Source of the DNA: Raillietiella orientalis
Lineage: Eukaryota
Direction of reading: 5' to 3'
NCBI GenBank assembly: GCA_036172245.1
Contig: JAYWIR010000011.1
Span: forward strand, 1,240,001-1,304,000
DNA: 64,000 bases
Made by a program: the position numbers and the translations under genes. The number at the start of each line of letters is the position of its first letter. Positions within the stretch are counted from its first letter, which is position 1. Below are positions 24,481 through 36,216 of this stretch, piece after piece. The notes under the pieces were generated by a model. The model searched no databases. It saw nothing but the letters and a program-made list of their open reading frames with translations, and was not told the DNA's origin.

Positions 24481-26229
24481 GACTGCTCGTTGACACGTTG
24501 AAAGGCCGCAAATCGGAGAAGTCTCTCCAGGTCCTCGTCGGTGGGCACCGATGGTAGGACGCGCGTTTGCGGAATACGAGCAATTCACCGTGAGTCCGAA
24601 GCGAGTGATTTCGACTGGAGGAAAAAACCAAGTCCTTGGTTTCTCGTCGCATTCGATTCTTCCAGCGACCTGGCAAACAAACGGCCCTGTGGAAACCTAT
24701 GCCCCTTGCGGGGCAAAGAGTGAAATGCGCTGGTTGCTAAAGCACTCTAACCGCACGTCCAGCATGCAAGACGGTTCCAGGAACACGCGGTTCAGATGGT
24801 AGGTTTCAAAAAATCGTGATTCACTACTCACACTTTGGTAAGATCGCAACAGGGTGGTGGATGTCGACGATATCCCTCTCCCTCTCGGTCAAATACGTCA
24901 AACGGTCTGCCTCCAGGGTGTGCAACGAAAGTTCAGGGCAGAAGTCGCTGATACCGGCTGGTTGTTTGTGTAAGTGGCAGCCTTTGTGCAAGCCAAACAA
25001 GGTGAAAGGCGGCAGTGTTCGGCACACTGGATTCATCCCAAACACTTGAATCGCGTTGGGATCCTCAGACGTGTTACGCTGGGAATTGGGCGCTCCAATT
25101 AGAGAAACGGTTTCGAGCTCATCAGCTGTGATGCGAGCGCTGTAGGAAAGGGTTCATATAACGTCCCATTCGCGCTCTGACCTAACTGTATCAAACCTCG
25201 AGTGATTCTTTTGACCCTCACGATTGCGCAAAAAGGCACAAATGAATGCAATGATGACTCTCTGCGAAGGTCGGCTCAGTTATGCGTGGGGTCACGGGCA
25301 ACGGGAACATGGGATGCATGCCTGTTCATTTGGGGGCTGATTAGCAATCAGTTTCCGGGAAAAAGTTAAAAACGAGCGAAGACTATCGCGTGCGATAATT
25401 TGCAATACACACTGCGACCGCAGCGTGACTCTACTCGGATTCCTTCGGTGGCAAAGGTAAATCACACGGATCACTTACGCCTGAGCCTTAGCGATGACCT
25501 TTGCGAAAAAAATTCCTCCTGTTACGTACACCGATCACTGGGAATCTCGTGATCAGAGCATCATCAAATTCTGGGAGCATTTTAGCATTCGACTCGCTGC
25601 TATGGCGAGAATGCTGTGACCGGCAACGTTCCTTCTTTCACCCACATGTAAAATAGGCACACGTGCCTGGTGATTCCTTCCTTTTGGTCGAGGGGATGGT
25701 GAGCACCCAGTTGTCCTTTTTTCGTAAAACCCAACTCGACATCATGAGCCTCGGGGCGAAGTAAATCTCGGACGCGACATCGCCTGTAATCATTTTACTT
25801 ACTTTTCGTTTTAGGACAGACCATTCGGTTCCACTATTACCGTCTTACGATATTCTTTTTTTTTTGCCGTTGAAGAAACCTTCGTTTCATCGCATTCGTG
25901 TTTGCGACTTGGAAGATAATTTTGGAACTCAGAATCGCAACATCGCCTAATTGTGACTACGGAAAGAAATTGTGAATTTAAAGTTTGGATCAAAGGCAAC
26001 GCATAAGCATCTATTGCTCTGATGCTCGTACTTCAGATCGGAAGAAGAATTCTTCCACCCACAACTGTTCCATGTAAAGCGCTTTTCTAGGTGTGCATTA
26101 CTTTCCTTTCCAGCATTCGTTATTACTGGGAATCGTAATTGCAAATATTAATGCTTGATCTGCTGAAGGACTACATTTTTCGGCTCCGTTCACCTTTATG
26201 AAAGGAGTACACGAACTTATTTGGAGAGG

Positions 26230-26231
<2 letters not shown>

Positions 26232-26295
<64 letters not shown>
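26232..26295. repeat. (GA)n microsatellite
   Basis: About 32 perfect GA units. Confidence 0.95.
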
Positions 26296-26298
<3 letters not shown>

Positions 26299-26966
26299 TG
26301 CAAGTGATTCTACTGACTTGACGATTTGTCGCTGCTGAACGCAGTATCTTTTCTTGTAGCTGTTCCTTCGCATGTTGCTCTTTCCCTTGCTCTGCTTGTA
26401 GACATCTTCCCACGAATGGCAAAACGGCATCAGTAAAGGTAAATATTTCCGACTGATAAGCGACACTTTCTCGTTCAGGCCATTAATCTTGAGTTCTTTT
26501 CCGGAGTGTGAATTTCTATCACTTAGTCTTGAATCTATTTTCGAAAATGCAATTCTTGAACTGCAAGGCAGTTTACCTGCACAAATTTGGAAAAACAGAA
26601 ATACCGATCTTGATAAGATATGCAGAGATAGATAGATTGATGAAATAGATAGAAAAAAACCGCCCTTCCCCCCACCTCACAAATACATACAACTGCTTTC
26701 TACTATGCAGCATTTTTGAGATCTTTTTACATTAAATAACTAAACACAAAGTATGCACACATATATATATCATGTTCCTATAGTAAATACAAAAATATAT
26801 ATTAAAATGCTAGATTTCCTGGACGGATACTGTGAACACTTTCTCATTTGCATAAATCTGCTGCTGTCTCACAGCTGTCAAAACCTTTTGCTTACTGCAT
26901 CTAAAACATGAAATACAAAATACTCAAACTACACACTGAAATACCATGTGTCAAATCTGTGGATAA

Positions 26967-27190
26967 TCAGGCTTTGTCAAGAGAATAAACTCCATTTCTC
27001 TGTCTATACAATCGTCTTGTTTGAGTTCGTGCTTCTGTGAAGTATAAAATTGCTGCAACGTATTCCATGAATGTTCCAACTACTGCCAGCCCAAAAGACC
27101 ATGATAAATAATTGTACTGCCAGTCTGGCATCCAGTCTCTTGAGTCCCCAAGGGCACCAAAAACAATGACTGCAATAGTACCACAGCAAG
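26967..27190 (-). CDS. kune: Claudin last exon (TM3 end, ECL2, TM4, tail), apparently shared by both isoforms
   Basis: tttatacag acceptor; ACCGTIAVIVFGALGDSRDWMPDWQYNYLSWSFGLAVVG...SLDKA*. Confidence 0.92.
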
Positions 27191-30100
27191 CTGTATAAAG
27201 ATGCATTAATGATTTTGATCAGTTAGAAGACTATATGATACCTGAGAGCAATAACGTTGCAGCAATCACTTTTAATAATAAAATGAATTTGTCAGGCAGA
27301 CAACACATCAGCATGGTGAGAATCATAATTAGGGCTGCCAACAGTAAGGTGAAACAAAATGTAAAGAAAACTTGCACTGCGACAAAAAAGGCTGAAAAAA
27401 ACAATAAACAATAAACAAATGAATGAATCAAATTCAGTATGCAATAATTCATTAATAGTGCCAAACTTATTCTCTGGATGGCAAATAAAAGTACACATGA
27501 AATCTACAACAAAACGCAATGACTGCGTTAGATACAGTCTATATAGAAGAGTGGCATGATAGATGTCCAAGGGATTATGTGATGAACTCACAATATTGTA
27601 AAAAATATCCCAATGCATATAATTCGAAAGAACGCAAGCTGATTAAGGAGGAAGGACGTGTTCCAACGACTTGGCAAGGCGAGACGAAAGTCACCACGCA
27701 ATAATCTACGGTTCCCATTTTCGACCGGATGCTCATGCAAGGGTTTGCCTCCTATCACTGTACGTACACAAAACCGAAGTTTGCCTAAACGACCCATCCG
27801 CAAAATCCAGGCGTGTCATTCTTTTAACTCGTTTTTAAGCTTCACGGAGAAACCTCCTCTCTCTTTCAAACTTCCGTTTACATCTCTTAAGACGGTGTTT
27901 GCGAACACAGCCTCCAAGTGTACCGTATGCGTTCCTACACAAACTTGATCTTCCATTCTGTTGTGAGCAGTGCTGTCGCAGGCAGTTGGTAAACTATGCA
28001 GGCCCTATTGTGCTGGACGTGGGCGCGGGAAGTGCAGTGGGTCCAGGTTTCCAGTTCACCCCGGCACGGCAAAAGTGTGCCGGGGGGGGGGGGGGGGGGG
28101 AACGCCGCTCGCACTTCCAGTCAAGGTCACCGCTTTCACATCACTTTCGTTCTTCACGCGCCACCAGTTGACTCCAGCACTTTCGTAAACAGCGGCGACC
28201 TTTTTTTCAACTCCCCACTGATGAATCACAGGGGAAAAATTGACGGAAACAGTATGGGCTATCAAAGATCTGGAAATCAAACGGGGGCACGATGAAGCGT
28301 GACAACACACACTTGGGAAAAATTGGCGAGAGGTCCACAGACTTATTAACAACGTATCCCCCCCCCCCCCACGATACCTACAGGCTATGAATACTTCGTT
28401 TCTTTTTGCCTTTTTTTTTTTTTAGAAAAAAAAAAAAAAAAGGAAAGAAAGAAAAAGAAAAAAAAAACTTAAAGCGTGCTGCATCAAGAGAATCTTTTTT
28501 TTTTTTTCTTTTACTCAAAATTCACTGGATTGTTATAAATGTAAATCCACTCACGTGGCATAAGGAAACCTCTAATCTCATCGTATCCTTTGGTAAATGG
28601 GTTATATACCCACCTACATCCTACAAAAAAACGGCTTTGGTAAAAGTCGTTCAAGTCGGGAAGGGATCGGAAACAGTGAATCCACAATCCTAGCCGATCG
28701 AACTTGGCGCCGTACACCAAGAAGTCTGACTGCAGCCAGTTGGGGGTCCCGAAGGCCACCGCAACCACAACGAAAGTGGCCGGCACGAGTAAGACCCCCA
28801 GCTTTCCAGCCAGGGTGCTCCTCCGCCAAAAGCTGTTGCGGGAGCCCATGGTCGTTCTTCGCCCGCGTTCTCACCTCGCCCACCTGACTCCACTGCCACG
28901 CCACACCGACTGACGCGCCGCTAAAAAGCGCCGCAGATAATCTGTCGAAAATCAACGGAAGTGCACTACCTATTTTGCGCAATCTTTTCCGTTCGTTACG
29001 GGGGTTTCCAAAGTCGTTTTCCGAGCCGAACTAGGCCACCATCTACGAGAATTGCGACGCCGCCCATTTCCACCTCCCCCCCCCCCACCCTTCCCCCCCC
29101 CCGCACGCACCACTGGCAACCGTGTTTTCAGCAAGGATCCCGCGGTTGCATCGTTCCGTTTGTTTACCGCACCTCAGGGACGCCCTCTCTCCAGGTGGGG
29201 GACCGCGGTCGCTGCATGGGGGGGGGGGTTCATTTTCCTTGATCCACGGGGAAAATGGCTACTGGAGTAAATTCTTTCCTCTCTTCTTCTTCTTTTTTTA
29301 CGACAAAAAAAAAAAAAAAGGCAGCAAACTAACTTTCGGAACGGTTGGGATGGTTTTCCTTATTCGTTCCAAATCGCTCAGGGAAAAAAACCAAAAACAA
29401 TCAAAAAAAAAAAAAAAACGCACTGACCCGGCATCAGTAGTAATTCGTATTCGTTGCTGTATTGCTGCAATGATAACGTTAAGGAAAAAAAAAAAAAAAA
29501 AGCACGCGACGATGTAGTTTTCTAGAAATAGGATTCGGTTTAAAATCCGGGGAGCGCGCGAATCGAGCATTTTTCAAAAAATACGCTTTCTTTTTTTTTT
29601 TCTTTCCTTTTCTCTTTCACATGAATTTAATCGCCACAAAACTAAATTTGTTATTCCAAACTTTCTCGATGCATCTTGGAGGTACAGAATACAACTGGGA
29701 AATGTAACACGAAACTAGTAAAAATAATTTCAAATCATATACAGTAAATAAAAAAAAAAAACTTACGTGGAAGGAGAAAATCATAAATGAAGTGATAATC
29801 TTCATCAAATATCCATTTGCAGCCTGTAAAAACTTGATCATGGTAATGTTTGGGATCCTCAAAGCTTTTAAAGCAAGCTTCCCATAGGCCTAAAAGATAG
29901 GATGCCAGAAAACAATTTTTGAAATAAAAGTGAAAAAACAAAACAAAACAGAAACTTATGAAATCACAACAAAGGCTGAATCAATATTTGAAAACATCAC
30001 ATGGCTAACCTTATCAATGCACACAGTAACTTGCAAAAACAGCAGAAAAAAAGAAAAAAAAAATTATCCTTTACAGGCAATCAAATTAGAATCGAAAATA

Positions 30101-31440
30101 TGCATCTCCTGAGCTCAGGGCACATGAAAGATCAATCCGAAAGACCAATTGAAGGTTTACAATTCAAAACCAAGCAACTGATTTATTTTAATATATGAAG
30201 ATATCAAGGGCAATATAATAAAGATGAGTATAATAAGTTATTCAGCAATAGCACAAACATTGAAACTGAAATCACATGAACTGAAGCTTTTGTTTTCAAC
30301 CACATAAAACAATCTTCAACTCAAGGAAATTGAAACAAAACTTCTACAAGATGCAACCTTTCCACAATACCATTGTATTCATTTATTCACTTGGCTACAA
30401 CCAAGTATTCATTTCATTGGAGCATACATTTTCACTGAGAAAGCTTTTTCTATATTTCAAATTCTGAGTTTGAATCCATTCCATATCTAAATAGACACAA
30501 AGTTAATCTAGTAAAAATTCCAGTATTGCATCCATGAATATTAATTGACATGTTTAAAAGTTAGCTTACAAATATACTATGGAGCAAAATGAGCTTACTT
30601 GCTGTACCTAATTCTGAAAATCACTAAAACGAATATCTATTTCTGAGAACAAAGCAAATATTGAAATGCATGATTAAGAACTTAAATATTCACATGCTTT
30701 CCAAAACATTTAATCTAATCATTAGCATCAATAGCACCTAGAAACATTTGGGGGAGGGGGGAGACAAAATTCATTATGAACCAAAGAATACTGCTGTAAT
30801 GGACTGAGGTTTAATTGAAGGTCCTTGACACCAAAAATCGTTACACAGATCGAGTACACCAATTAACACAAAATCAAATGCAAATGCATTCAAGCAAACT
30901 TCTGGAAAACTTGCAACAATTAAATAATTGCGTTTTCCTGTGACAAAATTTGGTTGAAAACTCAGAAGAAATGAAACACAGATGTACATTTTTCTTTCTG
31001 GGTCACACAGAACAAAGTCAATTTTCTGAACTATAGGAACTTCTCTTTGCTTCATTCACACAAAATTCACTAACGAAATTCTCATTTTTTTTTTAATAGT
31101 CAGGTGATCATTTGAAAGAAGCAAGCATCAACTTCATTAATTAGGTACAAACCTTGATTCCTTAACCTAGCACTTTAACATCGACTCCAACATACATTGA
31201 ACAATATTTCTATATCTAGAAACACTTGGAAACCTACACACGTTAATATTACTATCTGAGAAATCAATGACTACAACGTAAAGAAAATCTGCCACTACCT
31301 AGATTTAAAAATTTGGGATCGGAAAGCGTCCCATCCGTTTGTAACCAATACGGGGTAGTGAAAGAAATAAACATCGAAATAGTTGCAACCAAAATGATCC
31401 ATGATGCATGAATTATGGAACTCGATAAAATAGAATTCAT
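26967..31440 (-). CDS. kune: Kune-kune-like claudin (PMP22/EMP/claudin family), 4 exons, 212 aa
   Basis: Exons 31299-31440, 29767-29889, 27242-27391 and 26967-27190 are joined by GT-AG phase-1 introns, 639 nt in total. They contain the claudin signature W-GLW-C-C (PYWLQTDGTLSDPKFLNLGLWEACF...GCKWIFDEDYHFIYDFLLP), four TM segments and GDSRDWMP..SWSFGLAV. Confidence 0.9.
27242..27391 (-). CDS. kune: Claudin exon (TM2-TM3), apparently shared by both isoforms
   Basis: ttttttcag acceptor and gtatca donor; FFVAVQVFFTFCFTLLL... Confidence 0.92.
28555..28849 (-). CDS. sinu: Sinuous-like claudin first coding exon (N-terminus, TM1, ECL1); 222 aa if spliced to 27391
   Basis: ATG at 28849; AFGTPNWLQSDFLVYGAKFDRLGLWIHCFRSLPDLNDFYQSRFFVGCRWVYNPFTKGYDEIRGFLMP closely matches Sinuous ECL1 as recalled; donor C|gtgagt, phase 1. 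Confidence 0.9.
29767..29889 (-). CDS. kune: Kune-like claudin exon 2 (ECL1)
   Basis: cttttag acceptor and C|gtaagt donor; GLWEACF...GCKWIF...DFLLP. Confidence 0.92.
31299..31440 (-). CDS. kune: Kune-like claudin exon 1 (TM1)
   Basis: ATG with an in-frame upstream stop; MNSILSSSIIHASWIILVATISMFISFTTPYWLQTDGTLSDPKFLNL; donor G|gtagtg. Not in the ORF track. Confidence 0.88.
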
Positions 31441-34400
31441 ATCTTTGGTAATCCGTTTTCAGCAAAAACATCCATCCTCACCAAGATGCATCGCATTAGC
31501 GAGCAACTTATGCAGATGATTTTTCATTACCAACACACAAATTTCGATTTTCTTTTAGTGAAACCGAAATCCCAAGAAAACGAATAATGAACTAGCTAAA
31601 ACAACAGCGATTCACATTAGTACTTCAATTATGAAACAACATATTAATATATCAAGACATTAATACATGATAACTATAGCACTTCCAAATGTGTGCTTTG
31701 AAAGAATGAAATGATAAATGTGGGAACGATGATCTCCCAACTTTTTCAAATTCAGCACGTAACCCCAATGTTCTTACGGAATTTCGAACAGTAATAATAC
31801 CTCTAGTGATCTTTTTGGAAATATTTACGTAATTTTTGATTACATTTAATCACTATTAATTATCCAGTTACTCCTTATTGATAATCCAATCACTCGATAA
31901 TTCGATTTGTAATCTACTGATTTCTTGGAAGGCTGACTAGCACAAATCAGATTTTGTCTGACTAAAGAATGCACAAGTGAAATCTATGCCTCAGAGATGT
32001 CGATAAATTTGTATAATTCAATGCATTCAAATGCCGATGCTTCTAGTACTTACCTTCCCATTTCGTTTTAGGAAGACGTATTCATTGATATGTTAGAAAT
32101 GGCAGTTTCAATAAAACTAGAAGGAAAGTACCAATGCATAGAATGAAGGGAACACAACACTTTAATAATCTTTCACGAGGATGGGCAAGAGATCATGAAG
32201 TCTCTTGAGGAACAAGATGTTTCCGAAAACGATGATTATTTGGAAAACCTCTTTAGCAAGATTTCTAAATTCGAAGTGCATTCCAAATTCATATAAATTT
32301 ATGGGGATCGATGATAAACACATTGGCCGCATTTATTATTGAAATGCAATTATTCTGAGTGATTTTTCTCAGGTATCCGTCTGAAGAACAAAGAATTGAA
32401 TTGTTCCTCATCATTCCTGCTAGTTCGTTTGAAAACCTCGAAAAGATCGTATTCCAAGATGACTTTTGTTTTATTCACGAAGCATGTACCCTAACTGTCG
32501 TAACATATTTCTTCGACTTGGAATGCTAAGTGCAACCTTTTACATCATACTCCTGTTATTGCTGCTTTCTTTATACAAGAAGCACTTCGTGACACATTTA
32601 TTGGTTTCCATACTTACATATCTCCTTTCAGAGAAACATCAGAACTAATCTTCCTCATCCATACTTAAGCAGTTCGCTTTTTGTTGCGTTCCTTTTCATT
32701 ATTTCAACCCAACTTTTCAAAGCATTAATATATTGCTTATTTTCAAAAAAGTTTGCCTTATTTAGTTTTTTGTTTTAAAGCTGTGCAAGCTCGAATACGA
32801 TGACTTTTTGGATAAAAAGAACAGTGTGCAGCGATCATTACGGTTCTCGACTGTTCCTAAAGATAATTTTTGAACTCATGTTGATGACGTCTCTAATGCT
32901 TTGAGAAATCGTCCCATTCCAGATAGGAAGTTTCCATCAAAAAATAGTCATCTTCCACGCGTTATTCGAGGCAGTCTGTGCACTCAATGCTTGCATAAAG
33001 GCGTTCTTGAATTCGCTTCTTCCCACCTCAGACAAAAAATCAGCAGGTTTTCCAAGACCTCCTGAAAACACTTCTCCTCGTCAAATTTTGGTGAGTCATT
33101 TTTTTTTTCTTCAGCCAGTTTGAGTTACTCAGATTAGTAGATTGTTCCCCCCATTCCCCTATGTTTCCTGCATTCATTTTGCTGACTTGATGGCCTAGTC
33201 TCTGCAGGTAGACAGTCTTGGCAGCACTTCGCCTTGCTTTGAAAGCGAGGCGAAGCAACCTCCAGGATCTTCGGCTTCTGATGATAGATCGTCTCTTTGA
33301 GGCTGCAAGTTCGGCATAATTGAGATCGTCCGGAAATCTCCGGTATCCGCTAGGCTTAAATCTGCTATCCATCTTGCCGCTGTGAGATGACGATATCCGC
33401 TATCGTCCTTTTCCGAGGAGAGACGGGCCAGTAGGACCGAGGCGTCACTGAGATCGAGATGAGTTCCGAGTTCGTCTTAGTGCATGACGCGGGATCTTCT
33501 CATCCCGTCATCCGAGAATTCGGGAAGCGCGTGCCGTTTGATGTAAACTCTGCATTGTGGACCAGTGAGCCTGTCTCGGCAGTGCGAGCGTAACCGAGGT
33601 CCATGCATGGCCATTTTGAAACGGGGCGAGGCAGCTTGCTGTGCGATTTGGTATTTGCGAGCGGCGTACGGTGTACGGGAACCCGCTGCTGGTTCGAACC
33701 GCTCGTATAGAAGCGCCGCTCTGTTGACCTTGGGTTTTTCTTCTTCGGGAGAATTCCAGGTTTTGCCAAGCCTTCTGCCGATCCGAATGGAGAACTTTTC
33801 GACCTCTCCCCCCCTTCCACATCTCCGGAAATTCTGCACTCCCGCCTCCTCCAGCTCGCGCTTCCCTTTTCATCTTTCGCCAGGGATCGCTTCTTCAGCC
33901 CGTCTCTTCGACGGGGAGCACACCACCTTCCGGAGGGTTGTCTTGGGTTGCACGCGAAAGGACAAGTGACCTCGCTATCGTTTGCAAGAGGAGGCGAAGC
34001 AGAGGGGGGAGGAAGGGAGAGAGGAAAGGGGTCCTTTCACTTCCTCCGGAATGATTTTCGCCACGACCTCCGGTCTGCAGACCTCCAGAGACCGCTGCTC
34101 TTCCCCCGTCCTCTCGGGCAGTCCGTCTCAGCCTCAGGCGCGCCCGTGGTTTGCGGGAAGCGGCTGTCTCGCCGACGCGCTCCCACGGTTCCCGTCTCCC
34201 GTGGCTTCCCGGTCCGCTTCTCATCCTTCCCTCCCCTTCTTGCTCCGGAAGAGTGGGCGGAGGTCACTTCCGGCGGGCGAGCTGGTGCGGGGCGCGAAAG
34301 GACTCTCGCTCCCTTTCCGCCCGAAGCGACCGTTTCCCCCTGGAGCGAGGAGGAATGGCGAAGTTGACGCAGGAATGGAAGGGGAAGGATCGGAAGGTGA

Positions 34401-34759
34401 GCTGCTTGACTCGTCTGGACGGGAAGGACCCCTCGGGGAAGGGGAGAGGGACAGTCACCTTCCTCCCTCCCCCTGCCTGACCGGACGCGAGCTGACCGAG
34501 GTCTTCTCCAGACAGTGCTCCCCTTTCGGGCGACCTATACCGGAGCAATCCCTCCCTCTCCTCCTCCTCCTCCTTCCTTCCTTCCTTTTTTGCTCTTTAC
34601 TGATTTTTGCGCTGGAGAGAGTGAACGGTCAATCACCGTTCAAATTTCAATCACAATTCGGCTGTGCCTGACCGGATGGCCTCGCCATTCCCCCGCCAAG
34701 CCGGAGGTCGACTGGGAGGAGCTACTCCTCCTCGGACCTGGTCGAGCTGATGGCGCCGC

Positions 34760-36216
34760 CTACACAGTGACGGCGTCGACCTTGTCCACGATGACCGTTC
34801 GCGACGACGGGATGGGCGCGGCGGTTGTTCCCGCCGTGCCACCGCCGTCTCCGCCGGAGGGCTGAACGGGTGCAGCGTCGGCGGTCCTGCCGCCCGCCGC
34901 CTCCGTGGTTGCCTCGCCGCCGTCGTCTGCGGCGCCGGTGAACGAGAGCGTGGCGAAGTGGAAATCCGCCGGGTCGTCAAACCAGAGGCCTCCCGGCAAT
35001 GCCCCGGGGCCTCCCTGCTGCGGGAGGTGACCCACCGGGAGGGGAACTGGCGAGGGGAAGCCGCCGCTCGGAGCGACGGCTCCGGGCTCGTCCGCCAGTG
35101 TCGCTACCAGTCCACCGCCGCCGCTCTCCCCGTGGGCCGTGGGGCGGACGGCCGAAGCGTCCGGACCGACGGCCGCGCCTCCGGGGGTCGGGGTGGCCGC
35201 TTCCTGACCTCTGGAAGTCAATGGCCGCGTCTCGAGCACCTCTGGAATGGGGCAAGTGTGAAGGGGAAGAGGAGGAGGAGGCCGGGGAGATCCGGTCCCG
35301 GCGCATCTTGCTGGAGGCAGAGGACGTACCGGGAATGCCCGCGAAGGGCCGACGCCGGGCTTCAGACAGGCGGGAGCTCCCCAAAGGATGCAGCGGCGGG
35401 CCGAAGAAGGGTTCCGAGGACACGGGGAGGTAAGGGTCGTCGTTCGGTTCTCCCAGGAGGGACACCAAGCTGCCGGCGACCTCGGAGATGATGCCGAAGG
35501 GGTCGGCGACGAGGTGACGGTCAGCGCAGCCGTTGTCGCCGTCCGCGGAAGGGTCGCAGCCCACCGCCCTGGCGCGGGTGCCGCCGCTTCTTGGGCGCTG
35601 CTGCTGCCGCCGCTCGCCTCCTCCGCCCGCCGCCGCGCCCTCTGGCCGGCCAGCGTTCCCGGAGATCGGTGCCGCTGGAAAGCAGGAAAGAAGGGGGTGG
35701 AAGAGGGTGGGTGAGGGAAGGAGGGAGGGGAGCCGCGATGGCTGCTGCGGCGAACACGCCCTGCGTGGAAGAAGTGTCGGAGAGGGGTGCCGGCGAGAGG
35801 GACAGCGTCTCTCCTCGCGCGCGCGTGCCAGCCTTGCTCTCGGGGACCACCGGAACATTCAGATGGCGGCTTTCTCCACCTTCGCGATCAGGGGAGGGTG
35901 GCGCCCCCTCTCCCCCCCAGCGGGCGGATTTTCCGGTGGCGCACGAGCTGCCTCTCTTCCTGCACTGGCGCCACCCGCGCCCCCGTCCCCCTTTTGAGCG
36001 AGCCTACCCGGTCTGCCGCCGCGCGAGAAGAGGGGAGGGCGTCTTCACGTTCGGGGAGGTTGGAAGGGAAGGAGGGAGGAGGGGATGCACCCGACGACCC
36101 TCTCCTAGAATCGCGCACCCGGCCCCCGACTTACCGGGAGCGCCTTGGTATCCCTGGAGGACGAGGAGCAGCGTGGCGAGAGAGGCGGTAAGCAGCGGCC
36201 GCAGGGTGGGCGCCAT
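34760..36216 (-). CDS. Uncharacterised secreted Gly/Ala/Pro-rich protein, 3 exons (36135-36216, 35330-35674, 34760-35241), about 302 aa
   Basis: Signal-peptide exon MAPTLRPLLTASLATLLLVLQGYQGAP ends in G|gtaagt. Acceptors ctgctttccag and ccccattccag have long pyrimidine tracts; donor G|gtacgt. All introns are phase 1, giving 909 nt open to TAG. Confidence 0.7.

Noticed and set aside
32100..33372. Minus-strand ORF MDSRFKPSGY... and broken continuation
   Set aside because: Interrupted by stops and frameshifts with no diagnostic motif; possibly an ancient TE, not supportable.
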